Shown here one piece after another: positions 12,501 to 22,468 of a DNA stretch of 59,248 nt. This DNA is from an uncultured Bacteroidales bacterium. Its GTDB lineage: Bacteria; Bacteroidota; Bacteroidia; Bacteroidales; Paludibacteraceae. Location: contig CAIYTJ010000335.1 in NCBI GenBank assembly GCA_903929065.1, positions 1 to 59,248 of the forward strand, given 5' to 3'. The notes under the pieces were generated by a model, which ran no database searches, was not told the origin of the DNA, and saw nothing but the letters and a program-made list of their open reading frames with translations. How positions within the stretch are numbered: position 1 is the stretch's first letter; each line of letters begins with the position of its first letter. Position numbers and translations under genes: made by a program.

Positions 12501-15140
12501 CAAAGCCATGGGAATCAGGTTTTTCTCATCGGCAAAAAGCGCGTTGTTCCAACCTTTTCCTTCCGGGATTTTTACACCGGCATACGCTTTGAATGGTGAG
12601 TAATTGAAAACATTCCGGTCAATGCTGAAATCGCCACTGGCTTCGTAAGCACGTGTTTTCATTTGCACCGCAACCATACCCGGGGCATCCGCTGCAAGAT
12701 CCAATTTAAACTTAATATCTGCCGAACCATCGGCATTCACATTACCTTTATAGACAAGTATGTCCTGCGAAGTAAATTTCTTCACCGGATCATCAAATAT
12801 ATAGCCTTTACAGGTTTCAAAAGTGGTCTTTCCGGATGCTACAGTTGCTTCAATGGTTGCTTTGGCATTAGCAGCAGGTGCTCCGTACAGCCAGTTGACC
12901 TGCATTTTACCCGTTTCAACCACTCCTTTATGAAAAAGAGGAGAAGCAAAGTTCAGATTGATTTTCATCCGGTTTGGTTTTACGGTTTCAATCCGAAGTG
13001 TCCGCGCAAAGGTAGAACCGCCAACCTGAACTTTTACTGTCCAGTTTCCGGTTGGTGCATCGTCTGGTGTGGAAATATTAAAACAGTAGAAACCATTTAC
13101 ATTAATGGTGCGAACTACCCGTTGCGAAAGCTGTCCTGTAGGATTGTAGAATTCAAGTACAATCGGATGATTCGGCGGAAGGGCATTATTCTTATCTTCA
13201 AGGATAAAAGTCAGGTAAATCGGATCACCCGGACGCCAGACACCACGCTCTCCGTATATGAATCCCTTCACTCCTTTTTTGAGTTCTTCTCCTTTTACGT
13301 CAAACATACTTAATGAAAGCGATGAAGCATCATCCAACCGCAAATAGCCCCGTTGTTTATCTTTTTTGGCAATTAAAACAAAGGGTTTATCAGCCAGTTT
13401 CACATTGCACATCCCATTCTGGTCTGTTTTTACAGTGACCATAGGCTGATTTTGATAATTGCGAAATTCAACGTCAATATCTTTCAACGGATCGGCTGTT
13501 CGTAAATCGGTAATTGCTACAAAATATTCGTTGTTACTTCCGGCTTTGGCAATAATTCCAAAATCGGAAGCCAGTACATTGCGCGTAACGGTATGGTTGC
13601 CCATCATGTAATACGAATCTTTGGTTGGGTCATCTTTGTCATCCCAGTTGTACCCGCCACTTTCATAATCATAGCCATCTTCGTAATAACCCCAGAACGA
13701 ATCATCCGGCTGATTGTAGCTTTCATTCGGATCTTTAGGCTCAACATAGGTATCAATCTTGTTTAAATCATCAGCCGTCCGTGCATAGAGCGAATGTTTT
13801 TTGCGGAAAGAGATTTCCACCCGGTAAATAGCTCCCGGTTCGGGTTCAATCAGTTTCGATAAATCGAGAGAGAAATTATTCCAGGTGTTATAGTCAATCG
13901 GAGTATCGGACATAAGTTTCACTTCCTTGCTGTAAAGCACACGTCCCACCCGCTTAATTTCCTGGTCGCCATTTAGTTGGTTCGTCTGCAAAAACTGAAC
14001 AATATTATTTTCATAAATCTGGATAATCTTTACGTCCACAGCCGATAAACAAACCGCTTTAAATGGAAATAGTATGCCGTTGGTATGCGGCACAATCACG
14101 CCTTCGCCGATAAGTTCTACCTGTGGTTTCAGGCTCATAAATTTTATGACCGTGACAAAGTTCTTCCCAAGAGGTTTTTCTTGATTATTCTTCAATCCAC
14201 TATAAACAATAAGCTTCACATTGCCGGTTAAGTCATCCTGAGGAATAATGGTGGCTACATTCCCGGAAACTATAACATTTTGTTTTATAGATGGGTATAA
14301 TTTTATCAATCCGGTTATATCCTGCAATTTACTCAACGGATCGGAGAAGAAAACATCAATGGTCGTCTTGGGATTTGTGACCGTTTTAACGTGAATTACT
14401 TTGAATTCATCCAACCCCGGCATTTCAAAATTGGAAAAACCTTTATCACCTGAACCGATTTTATCTCCATCCCATTCAATTTTGAGTAAACTGCTGGCAA
14501 TTTTCCGTTCCACACTGTCAATGGCAAATTCATGGGTTTTACCATCCGCACTATGATGCCACTGGAATTTATAATCGCTTTTATCTCCAGTGGCTTTCAC
14601 CGTTTTTTCCAGATTGGCAGGTTCGGCAAAATCAGCTGTATATATAATTCCCTTTACTTTTTGCCATTTCCGGTCACTATCTTTCACGGGAGAAATGCCA
14701 TTGAACTCATATTTCATTGCCTGACGAATAACCTGAAAACGAAAAGTCAGGGTTTTCATTTCATCAGGCACTTTCACAAACTTATCCACTGCAAATTCCA
14801 CCGTATAAATTTGACCTGATGGTAATAATTTTGATGGAACAAATTCAATCGTTTGTTTATCTACCCATTTAGCTTGCCCTTCAATATCCGGACTAATCGA
14901 AAATGGGTTGAACGGCAATACTTTTCCGGGTGCTGCATCCGGAACTTCATCAATCAGCCTAACCTGAATATGTGTGGTATTAGAAACCACACCCGACGTG
15001 AAGGAAATTACATAAGCCGCAAAAGCCGGATTTACCTTAACAGGCATCATTTTTTTCTGACACGCAGGTGCTGCTAAAAGAAAAGTAAGGACTAAAAGAT
15101 AGGAAATAACACGATTTCCATTGCAAGTGATTGATTTCAT
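9570..15140 (-). CDS. Bacterial alpha-2-macroglobulin (YfhM-like)
   Basis: ~1850 aa with GERGVWRPGD (MG2), thioester motif YPHGCIEQ and C-terminal DIRDDRV; lipoprotein-like LAAPAC. ATG at 15140 is preferred over TTG at 15182 because a -7 box (TAAATTTG, minus strand) lies at 15187-15194. Confidence 0.92.
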   Translation of the reverse strand: MKSITCNGNRVISYLLVLTFLLAAPACQKKMMPVKVNPAFAAYVISFTSGVVSNTTHIQVRLIDEVPDAAPGKVLPFNPFSISPDIEGQAKWVDKQTIEFVPSKLLPSGQIYTVEFAVDKFVKVPDEMKTLTFRFQVIRQAMKYEFNGISPVKDSDRKWQKVKGIIYTADFAEPANLEKTVKATGDKSDYKFQWHHSADGKTHEFAIDSVERKIASSLLKIEWDGDKIGSGDKGFSNFEMPGLDEFKVIHVKTVTNPKTTIDVFFSDPLSKLQDITGLIKLYPSIKQNVIVSGNVATIIPQDDLTGNVKLIVYSGLKNNQEKPLGKNFVTVIKFMSLKPQVELIGEGVIVPHTNGILFPFKAVCLSAVDVKIIQIYENNIVQFLQTNQLNGDQEIKRVGRVLYSKEVKLMSDTPIDYNTWNNFSLDLSKLIEPEPGAIYRVEISFRKKHSLYARTADDLNKIDTYVEPKDPNESYNQPDDSFWGYYEDGYDYESGGYNWDDKDDPTKDSYYMMGNHTVTRNVLASDFGIIAKAGSNNEYFVAITDLRTADPLKDIDVEFRNYQNQPMVTVKTDQNGMCNVKLADKPFVLIAKKDKQRGYLRLDDASSLSLSMFDVKGEELKKGVKGFIYGERGVWRPGDPIYLTFILEDKNNALPPNHPIVLEFYNPTGQLSQRVVRTINVNGFYCFNISTPDDAPTGNWTVKVQVGGSTFARTLRIETVKPNRMKINLNFASPLFHKGVVETGKMQVNWLYGAPAANAKATIEATVASGKTTFETCKGYIFDDPVKKFTSQDILVYKGNVNADGSADIKFKLDLAADAPGMVAVQMKTRAYEASGDFSIDRNVFNYSPFKAYAGVKIPEGKGWNNALFADEKNLIPMALVDENGKPMDGRLKIEIYSVYWRWWWDQSAEKNTADYVSGEHTKLMKTDYIQVKNGRAIYEMTLNGEIWGRKFIRVTDTNGGHSTGAIFYTTGKDWWSNAGSQNPGGAEMLIFQTNKKQYKVGETVSIELPVTHQGRALVSIETGSRVIQNFWFTPEKGKTKFDFKVTQEMAPNIYVHVSYIQPHNHSKNDFPIRMYGVQMVTVEDPTTHLSPVISMKNELKPNEKFSVTVKESSGKPMTCTVAIVDEGLLDLTRFKTPDPWDEFYKHEALGVRTWDLYKYVAGAFTGKLSGLFAIGGDLYLNRKGKENNNRFKPVVLFQGPIALDAKESKTLSFTMPNYIGSVRVMVVAGNKGAYGSTEKTVPVKQALMVLATLPRVVSPTETIKVPVTVFATDKSVKNVTVKMESDKYFEVTDGSTRELVFDKTGEKIVEFNVKVKNLIAYGKIAVSVSSGEHKAYTETSLQIRMPNPAVTRSEKATVKPGESWTQSIEAFGVQGTNYGTVEVSNIYPINIQKSLNYLIQYPHGCIEQITSAAFPQLFLQNVMDLSDVRKGEIETNVNACLNKIKSYQLSNGAFSYWPGISNGVSDWGTNYAGHFMLEAQARGYLLPVGLLEPWINYQTTQANNWQPSNNNYGLDLIQAYRLYTLALAKKPVLSAMNRLRETPRVNDAAKWRLAAAYAVAGKPEIAAQIINGMSMKPALNENYWDTYGSSDRDQAMILETLVLLKRTEQAKPMVEDMANQLSSDKWLSTQTAAYMLMAISKYAAVNATGQNLQFDLSIDGVKTVVSSTKAIYQSKLNFNSGLKKSVVVVNKSKQNLYVRVQQQGIPLMKETEAAAENLSLTVRYFDMKDKPLNPVTLKQGTDFYAEVTVVHPGVRSNYRDMAIQEIFPSGWEIMSSRLDAVKSTKMTGDVPRYQDIRDDRVLLYFDLEKGKKKVFRVLLNAAYPGSFYLPAVQCDAMYDHTVQARTPGQWVSVVK

Positions 15141-15249
15141 TGGCACGTGAAAAAAGGGTAAATAATTGAAAATTGCATTCAAACTGCAAATTTAATTTCT
15201 TTTTTACAAATCTAATGTGTTTTCATCATTTTTCTTAATTAAACAGACA

Positions 15250-15280
15250 AAAAAAACCTACTCCGGATTCAGAGCAGGTT
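15250..15280 (-). terminator. Intrinsic terminator ending the 15.3-29 kb operon
   Basis: Minus strand AACCTGCTCTGAATCCGGAGTAGG followed by a long T-tract. Confidence 0.6.
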
Positions 15281-15317
15281 CATTAACGGATTAATAGAAT
15301 CAGTAGAATAAATAAAC

Positions 15318-16253
15318 TTATTTTACCACTAACTTTGAAGAGGTAATATTATCATTAGTTTGTACTTTTATGGAATATACACCCGGATTCAAAGCGCTAA
15401 CATCTATGTTATTTAAAGGAGTGTTTTTTCCTAATACTTTCCGACCTACCATATCATAGATTTCAATCTGTTTTTGTTGATTAGTCTGATTGGCAAAATA
15501 AATGGTTCCATTGGTTACCGGATTAGGATAAAACTGCGTTGGATCCGCTTTTACCGGATTAATGCCGGCAGCATCATCAGTTTTTAATTGCCATTTGGTT
15601 TTTACACGGAATCCATCAACTGTAATGCGCTGAGCTGCTTCAAACTGACGAAGAGCTATACAGGTAGGAACAATATCGGTTGTAGCGTCCATTGAAGTCA
15701 ACGGTCCTAAACTTGGCTTGGCTGGTTCGGTGGAAAAGTTTTCACCTTCGGCAAACACATATAAACTTACACTGTCGTTTAACGCTCCGGCTACTATTTT
15801 ATATTTGACAACGAAAAGATAGGTCTGACCAAAATTCAACAGGGTTTTTAAACTGTCCTGTGGTGTTGCCTGATTGAATGAAAATCCAACCAGCATTTGA
15901 CCATTTTTGGGTTTGATAAATGTTCTGGCACGGAATGCGGTACTTGCAGTCGGATCATAAAAATGAAAGAAATAACCACCGGCACCCGTATTGGCAGTGG
16001 CGTTTACTAAAAACGAAGCATAAACCGAACCGCTGGTTTGTGCTCCGAACGATTTATTTACATCCTGTCCTGTGTTGTTAACTCCGGCAGCAAGACCGAT
16101 GTTAGAGCCTACATAACCGGAAAAGGTTAGTCCCTGTGGTGTTACTAAAACTGGATTTGTTGCAGCATTAATGCGAACCGGACCTAACCCTGCTTGTCCA
16201 AATGAAGAATTAGTAACAAATAAAAAAAATAAGAAATATAGTTTTTTCAACAC
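15318..16253 (-). CDS. T9SS type-A CTD secreted protein, paralogue 3 of an uncharacterised beta-rich domain
   Basis: Signal peptide, shared domain (GLTFSGYVGSNIG...LRQF...ITVDGFRV) and CTD FYPNP...IYDMVGRKV...GVYSIKV...KLVVK. Confidence 0.8.
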   Translation of the reverse strand: MLKKLYFLFFLFVTNSSFGQAGLGPVRINAATNPVLVTPQGLTFSGYVGSNIGLAAGVNNTGQDVNKSFGAQTSGSVYASFLVNATANTGAGGYFFHFYDPTASTAFRARTFIKPKNGQMLVGFSFNQATPQDSLKTLLNFGQTYLFVVKYKIVAGALNDSVSLYVFAEGENFSTEPAKPSLGPLTSMDATTDIVPTCIALRQFEAAQRITVDGFRVKTKWQLKTDDAAGINPVKADPTQFYPNPVTNGTIYFANQTNQQKQIEIYDMVGRKVLGKNTPLNNIDVSALNPGVYSIKVQTNDNITSSKLVVK

Positions 16254-16314
16254 GATTGATTTTTAGATAGTTGTTTTTGGAATTTATAAAATTCAGTTTT
16301 TTATAATTGGAAAC

Positions 16315-17049
16315 TTATCGAAGTGTCATATAATCATTTACCGCTTTACGGATAAGAATGGCATCATTCATACTTAAACCTGCGGGAACATACGAATTTA
16401 CAACCGGATTCTTATTGAACAATGAATTATAAAATGTACAAGCAATTAAAAATGTACCCGGCAAACCGGGGTGTTTGTTGTCAGTAAAATACAAATTCAG
16501 TTGTGGATAAGTATTGACAACATATTCCCAAACCAACCCGACAGGTACAACCGGAGCATGAATCTGTTGACCTACATAAAGATAGGCAGACGACAAGGAA
16601 GTAATATCACCCGGTGTGGCTTTTTCAGGCCAGGTCATATACAGCACGGTGGAAGCACTGTCTTTTTTTACTTTCGCATCCAGCAATGTGGCATACTGTA
16701 AAAACAAATCCCGGTTGGTCATTGGTCGTGTGCTTTGTTCCTGTAAAACAATCTTATTCCATTTATCACTTCTTATTTTTCGTATCGTCAGCGAATCGTT
16801 ATAATGGTCCTGCAACGTATATGAACTAACTGCAATCTTTTGGATAATATACGATGTCGAATCCGACGACTTATCTGCATTCAGCATTTGTTGAAGATGA
16901 TAATCAACTCCGCTGTTATAAAAAGTAAAACTATTCCCCACAAAAAGCACCTTGTATGTTTTTGATTTAGAGTGTATTACCACTGTATCATCACAAGCAC
17001 TGATGCTGCATATCAACAAACATACAATCAAATATTTAAAAAACTTCAT
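16315..17049 (-). CDS. SGNH/GDSL-like hydrolase lipoprotein (DUF4886-like)
   Basis: Lipobox-like ISAC, VLFVGNSFT nucleophile motif, VLQEQS and DNKHP (DxxH). Confidence 0.7.
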   Translation of the reverse strand: MKFFKYLIVCLLICSISACDDTVVIHSKSKTYKVLFVGNSFTFYNSGVDYHLQQMLNADKSSDSTSYIIQKIAVSSYTLQDHYNDSLTIRKIRSDKWNKIVLQEQSTRPMTNRDLFLQYATLLDAKVKKDSASTVLYMTWPEKATPGDITSLSSAYLYVGQQIHAPVVPVGLVWEYVVNTYPQLNLYFTDNKHPGLPGTFLIACTFYNSLFNKNPVVNSYVPAGLSMNDAILIRKAVNDYMTLR

Positions 17050-17051
17050 AC

Positions 17052-18296
17052 TTAACCTATCAATTCTTTTGCTTTTATCATGTCAATTTCATTCTCGGAC
17101 TTTGCCACCACTACCGTGGCAATGGCATTGCCGATAATATTGGTAATTGCACGTCCTTCACTCATAAAGCGGTCGATTCCCAAAATTAAAGCTATTGCCG
17201 CTACGGGAATTCCACCTGAAAGCGGCAAAACAGCTGCCAAAGTAATAAAACCACTTCCTGTAACTCCTGCTGCCCCTTTTGAAGTAAGTAACAAAACCAT
17301 CAATAAAGTGATTTGATGTGAAATATCCATGTGTGTGTTGGTGGCCTGAGCCAAAAAAACAGCCGCCATGGTCAGATATATAGAAGTTCCATCCAGATTA
17401 AACGAATAACCCGTGGGAACAACCAATCCAACAACCGGTTCAGAGCAACCGGCTTTTTCTAATTTTTGCATCAATGTGGGCAATGCAGCTTCAGAAGAAG
17501 ATGTCCCCAGCACAATCAACAATTCTTCTTTTATATATGCCAGTAATTTGAACAGATTAAATCCGGCAAGTTTTAAAATTCCTCCCAAAATAATGATAAT
17601 AAACAGAATACAGGTTATGTAGAACGAAAGCATTAATTGTCCCAACGATTGTAATGATGCTAACCCGTATTTTCCAATGGTGAAACTCATGGCACCCAAT
17701 GCACCCAGTGGAGCGACACGCATGATAATTTTAATTACGGCAAAAAGTCCGGTTTCGACCGATTTGATAACTCCCAAAACAGGTTTTGCTTTTTCACCTA
17801 TTTTTGAAAGGCCAAACCCGAATAAAACCGAGAATAAAAGAATCTGAAGTAAATCGCCGTTGGACAATGCATTAATTATATTATCCGGAATGATGTGAAT
17901 CAGAAAATCCTGAACATTTGTACTTTTACTTTGAGAAAGATATGATTCAACCGCTTTGGGGTCAAGAGATGCCGGATCAACATTCATTCCAACACCCGGT
18001 TTTAAAATATTGATGACAACCAACCCGATAATAAGTGCCAGTGTAGATACTATTTCAAAATAGATAAGTGCCTTGATTCCAACCCGTCCAACCTTTTTCG
18101 CATCCTGCATGCCGGCAATTCCGGTGACAATAGTACAAAAAATAACCGGACCAATCATCATTTTTACCAGTTTGATAAATCCATCGCCGAATGGTTTTAA
18201 CTGCACTGCGAATGAAGGATATAAATACCCCAGCAAAATACCGATTAGTATGGCAATAATAACCTGTACATATAAGCCTTTGAAGAATTTAATCAT
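17052..18296 (-). CDS. dctA: Dicarboxylate/amino acid:cation symporter (DctA-like)
   Basis: [39 protein letters not shown] and GIDRFMSE are all DAACS/DctA motifs. Confidence 0.9.
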   Translation of the reverse strand: MIKFFKGLYVQVIIAILIGILLGYLYPSFAVQLKPFGDGFIKLVKMMIGPVIFCTIVTGIAGMQDAKKVGRVGIKALIYFEIVSTLALIIGLVVINILKPGVGMNVDPASLDPKAVESYLSQSKSTNVQDFLIHIIPDNIINALSNGDLLQILLFSVLFGFGLSKIGEKAKPVLGVIKSVETGLFAVIKIIMRVAPLGALGAMSFTIGKYGLASLQSLGQLMLSFYITCILFIIIILGGILKLAGFNLFKLLAYIKEELLIVLGTSSSEAALPTLMQKLEKAGCSEPVVGLVVPTGYSFNLDGTSIYLTMAAVFLAQATNTHMDISHQITLLMVLLLTSKGAAGVTGSGFITLAAVLPLSGGIPVAAIALILGIDRFMSEGRAITNIIGNAIATVVVAKSENEIDMIKAKELIG

Positions 18297-18357
18297 AGTC
18301 TGCGGGATTAAATGATGCGTGTTATATTAATTTGATCCGGTTGGAGTTTGCTTGAAA

Positions 18358-19578
18358 TCAGAATACCACCTGAAAAATAAGTGAACCAACCAGTTTTGTA
18401 CTGTTATCGGGATATTTCAGCGAAGAAACTGATGCCTGCATCTTAAGATTATTCGCTTTAAAGTATTTGGAGAATCCAATCGTTGTAGCTGTTGTATTCT
18501 TTATGATCGAATTTGCATCAGCTGCAAATTCCGGTGTCAATGCATCATAACGGACATCCAGCGCATAACCATCTTTGGTTACATACCCAATCTGTGCATT
18601 ATAAGCCGAACCTAAGGCCAGGAATTCGCTGATTTGAGTGGGCAACAACGGACTGGTTAACGAAGCTGCCGTGTAACTTCCATCCAAATTCGTGGCGGTG
18701 GCTTTTACAAATTCACCAAGCACCGAAAAACCTCTGAATTTAACAAGAATATCGGCATATAATTTCCGGTAATCAGGCAATTTGATACCTCCGTTTACAT
18801 TATAAAACTGAAAATTGCCGTGTCCTTCACCTACCGAATTGCTGACACCAGCGTTATAGCTTGCAGCACCACCAATCACAAATTTCAAATCCTGTTCATG
18901 CATTAAATCGGGTATCAGATTATCATTTCCTTTTGAAAAGTAGCCAAGAGGGTATAAATCAATACGACCGGCAAATTTTAAGCCTCCCAAATCAGTATCG
19001 CGTGAATCGGCACCAAATGAATTTCGTCCATCACCGGATGTTACTGAAACCTGTGGAACAATTCCAATGTTGCCAAGGGTGAGTTTTTGAGTAACAAAAA
19101 CGCCAAACTCCCGACCTGACTGACAGAAAGAAGTACTTAACAAACTCCGGTCGGCAAACTGCAACTTATCTTCCATCACCAACATTTCACGGTTGTTGGA
19201 AACCGCCTGCATTTGTCCTGCTGTAATAGTCATATCTTTCAGCGGCCTGTAGGCAATCCATGCATCCAAAAGCGGAAAGCCCAAACTAAAATCGGTCTGA
19301 AGGAAGAAACTCACTTTTTCTTTAAATGCAGAACCCGAAAAATTAAAGTATGTTCGGTTTACATTGTAATAAAAATCAGGAGTTTGCAGAGTGCTCAGTT
19401 TTTGGAAACTTACTTCCGGTTGAATCATTCCGCTTATTTTGAACTGGTAAGCTCCGTCGTTTAGTCCGAAGTTAATACCATTTCCCAATTCGTAGGAAAT
19501 TTTATTTTGAGCTTGCAAATCAAGACTGATTGTTTGCGTGAGAGCTATAAATGAGATACAAAAAATTAATTTTTTCAT
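18358..19578 (-). CDS. Outer-membrane porin (OprO/P-like)
   Basis: Signal peptide, LLDAWIAY, GREFGVF, GLKFAGRIDLYPLG and a C-terminal Phe (QVVF); paralogue of 21151-22455. Confidence 0.7.
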   Translation of the reverse strand: MKKLIFCISFIALTQTISLDLQAQNKISYELGNGINFGLNDGAYQFKISGMIQPEVSFQKLSTLQTPDFYYNVNRTYFNFSGSAFKEKVSFFLQTDFSLGFPLLDAWIAYRPLKDMTITAGQMQAVSNNREMLVMEDKLQFADRSLLSTSFCQSGREFGVFVTQKLTLGNIGIVPQVSVTSGDGRNSFGADSRDTDLGGLKFAGRIDLYPLGYFSKGNDNLIPDLMHEQDLKFVIGGAASYNAGVSNSVGEGHGNFQFYNVNGGIKLPDYRKLYADILVKFRGFSVLGEFVKATATNLDGSYTAASLTSPLLPTQISEFLALGSAYNAQIGYVTKDGYALDVRYDALTPEFAADANSIIKNTTATTIGFSKYFKANNLKMQASVSSLKYPDNSTKLVGSLIFQVVF

Positions 19579-19602
19579 AAAATTTAATCTTATTGATATG
19601 TG

Positions 19603-21147
19603 TTATAAATTTGAGTTTCCAACATACCTGTACACAGGCAGTTCTTTGTTTAAATCTGTTTTTAGTATGGAAAACGAAACAAAACTATTGGGAGCTTCCG
19701 GTTCGAGCACTTCCACTGCCAGGTTTGATTTTCGTTGATTCAGAGATACAACAAATGTTCCTGCCGGAAAACTTCGTTTAATAATTGCTGTTTTGACCTT
19801 TACATCCTGCCGGAAAACGCCTTCGTCTTCTTCCGAATCTTTTTGATATTCGGAAATAATATAATTTTCAACTTCCAGTTCGGTCGTTTTTTTTAATTCG
19901 GTAACTTCCAACCCAAGGATTTTAAGCTTTTCCACCAAAATAGTTTGATCAGGCATTAAAATGTATGCCGTAGGTCGTTTGCGGGTGAGAACCGCCTTTG
20001 ATTTCCATGCATCGCCCAGGTTTACATCAAAGTCCGTTTCTTTGTTGGTATCCAAATCAATCATTTTCAGTTTTTCTTTTTCAACCGGTATGGAACTTTT
20101 GGCAACAACTTCCGGATTCGGGTTGGCAACAGCTTTATTGATTTCGGCTTTTACCTCATCGGCATTGTCATAAGCCGTTTTCATATACGAATAAGCTATC
20201 AGAAAAATACTTTGAACCCTTCGTTTTAAGGAAGTCCGACCAAGCCCCACGCCGCGAATTTCGATTAAACTGGAAATGGTATTGGCCAATGCATACGATG
20301 TGGCACTCGAACGGGCACTTGCCGAACCCTGATTTATCTGAACAGCTCCAAGCACTTTATCGGTGGTAAAGTAATCGTGGTGTGTCAGTTTATTTTCATC
20401 CAACAGCTTGGCAGCATTGCTCACAAACCTGGATTTGGTATATTCACGCAGACTTTTGGGAACGTTCAGATTGCCGGAATACATAAACATGGCATCAAAA
20501 CCCGGCACTGCGCCATAATCACCAAACTGGCTGTAATCTTTCCGGTAGGGTTGATATTCATGAAAATCAATGGCCACATCAGCCATAAAATCACTGAATG
20601 CTTTTTTCAGAATAATGCTTTCAGGAATAATCAGCTTGGTTTGGTCGCGATTTAAATCAAGTCCGTTAGCAGCAGTTCTTTCCAGCATTTCAGCACCATC
20701 AATATTGGCCATGGGAATTATGGCGATTTCAAGCTTGTTCAGCAAATAAGAATAGTTGCTGTCATTTAGAAGCTTGTCCAGCAGATACAAAACACCTTCT
20801 GTACTTCCGGGTTCATCGCCATGCAGCGAAGCCTGAATCCATACTTTGATTTTCTGTTCAGAACCATTGCTTTTTCTGTTCAGCAAAATAAGCGGAATTT
20901 CCTTTCCTTTCTGGCTTTTTCCGATAAAACTAAGGTTCATAACATCGGCATGTTTGCTCAATTGGGCATTGATGAAAGTCATCATTTCTGAATAACCTGT
21001 AAAACCCTTTTTTTTCTGAAATGCCGGTGTATTTATCTCAATTTTCGGATCGGGAAAGAATTTTTCCGTCACTTTGTTTTCCTGACGGTTTTGAGCATTG
21101 CTACAAACGGCCAGAGAACAAAGAAATATGATGAATAACTTCTTCAT
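19603..21147 (-). CDS. Secreted M14-family zinc carboxypeptidase
   Basis: LHGDE (HxxE), ANIDG, DLNRD and IDFHE; signal peptide. Confidence 0.85.
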   Translation of the reverse strand: MKKLFIIFLCSLAVCSNAQNRQENKVTEKFFPDPKIEINTPAFQKKKGFTGYSEMMTFINAQLSKHADVMNLSFIGKSQKGKEIPLILLNRKSNGSEQKIKVWIQASLHGDEPGSTEGVLYLLDKLLNDSNYSYLLNKLEIAIIPMANIDGAEMLERTAANGLDLNRDQTKLIIPESIILKKAFSDFMADVAIDFHEYQPYRKDYSQFGDYGAVPGFDAMFMYSGNLNVPKSLREYTKSRFVSNAAKLLDENKLTHHDYFTTDKVLGAVQINQGSASARSSATSYALANTISSLIEIRGVGLGRTSLKRRVQSIFLIAYSYMKTAYDNADEVKAEINKAVANPNPEVVAKSSIPVEKEKLKMIDLDTNKETDFDVNLGDAWKSKAVLTRKRPTAYILMPDQTILVEKLKILGLEVTELKKTTELEVENYIISEYQKDSEEDEGVFRQDVKVKTAIIKRSFPAGTFVVSLNQRKSNLAVEVLEPEAPNSFVSFSILKTDLNKELPVYRYVGNSNL

Positions 21148-21150
21148 AAT

Positions 21151-22455
21151 TTAAAAGGATATTGAAGTGATTACGTCCATTATCCATTGATTTCCGGTAA
21201 TCGGAACTCCGGCAAAATCATTCGAGCCTGGTTTTGCAACCACATACGTCAGCGAACCTTGAATTTTAAAACCATATCCTCGGCCCATATATTTCGAAAG
21301 TCCAACCGTGTAATAATCCGGGCGGTTATAGAATGTTCCGTTATTTAAAAATGAGTGAGTATCGGCTTCCAAATGGGTATAACGGGCGTCGACTGAGATT
21401 CGGTTTTTAAATACATACCCCATTTGAATATTATAACCTGAACCAAGCATCATGCGATCTTTTACATAATTCGGAACGTCTTGTATACCGTTTACCAGAA
21501 AAGTAGTTGCAGTTGTTCCATCGGTACGAACCCGTTGTGTAATTGAACCCGGAACAGTAGCTGATGTACGCACAAATTCTCCGATAGCTGAAAATCCACG
21601 GTATTTGAATACAAAATCCACTCCGTATTTCATAAAATTCGGCAAGGATTCCCGGCTTAAACTGTCGAGATATAAAATGGAACCGCTTGTGCCGCCTTCA
21701 CGGCTGCTAACTCCAACATTATAGCTGAAATTACCACCGATGACCAGTTTAGGCGATTGTTCACGGACAATATCAGCTTCACGGGATTGACCAAAATTGG
21801 CAAATAATCCGAATGGCAGAAAATCCAGTCGACCACCGAATTTCAATCCTCCGTGATCTTTCAACGTTACATTTATTCCATCACCATTTGTGACGTTCAA
21901 ATAGGGCTTCAAATACATTTTTTTGCCAATTTTGTACGTCCCATCCAAAAACAAACCGAATTCACGAATGGTGGCGAAAGCTGAAGTAACTTTACTTCTT
22001 TCTACCAGTTGTAAAGTCTGTGAACCCATCATCAGTTCCCGGTTGTCAGTTGGTGTACTTTTTTGCCCAAAAGTTATTTGTAACTGTTTATTCACATTAT
22101 ATGCCACCCAGGCATCCATTAAAATACTGCTGGAAGCATTTCCGGTTTCGGAAGTTCCGCTTAAATCAATTTGCAATCCGTATTCTATTTTTTTGTGATC
22201 CACATCACCCGAAAGTTTCAGATTCAACCTGCGTAACCGGAAACGACTATATAAATCTTTATGATTCGGATCCTGAAAAAGTGTTCCCTGATATGAAGGC
22301 TGTACAAATCCATCCAAATCAATTTTATAATCTTTTCCGTCGGTAAAAGTCATTCCTTCGCCAAAAGAATAGGAGTGCAATTTTGACTCCTGTGCGGGTA
22401 AATACACAGGAATCAAAATGCTTAAAAGAATTATTATAATAAGATTGTTTTTCAT
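21151..22455 (-). CDS. Outer-membrane porin (OprO/P-like)
   Basis: FRLRRLNL, MDAWVAY, REFGLF, GLKFGGRLDFLPFG and a terminal Phe. Confidence 0.7.
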   Translation of the reverse strand: MKNNLIIIILLSILIPVYLPAQESKLHSYSFGEGMTFTDGKDYKIDLDGFVQPSYQGTLFQDPNHKDLYSRFRLRRLNLKLSGDVDHKKIEYGLQIDLSGTSETGNASSSILMDAWVAYNVNKQLQITFGQKSTPTDNRELMMGSQTLQLVERSKVTSAFATIREFGLFLDGTYKIGKKMYLKPYLNVTNGDGINVTLKDHGGLKFGGRLDFLPFGLFANFGQSREADIVREQSPKLVIGGNFSYNVGVSSREGGTSGSILYLDSLSRESLPNFMKYGVDFVFKYRGFSAIGEFVRTSATVPGSITQRVRTDGTTATTFLVNGIQDVPNYVKDRMMLGSGYNIQMGYVFKNRISVDARYTHLEADTHSFLNNGTFYNRPDYYTVGLSKYMGRGYGFKIQGSLTYVVAKPGSNDFAGVPITGNQWIMDVITSISF

Positions 22456-22468
22456 GAAATTTAAATTT

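Noticed and set aside
6991-15140. alpha-2-macroglobulin plus pbpC as a novel system
   Set aside because: This is a well-known conserved gene pair, and the CxEQ thioester motif is intact.
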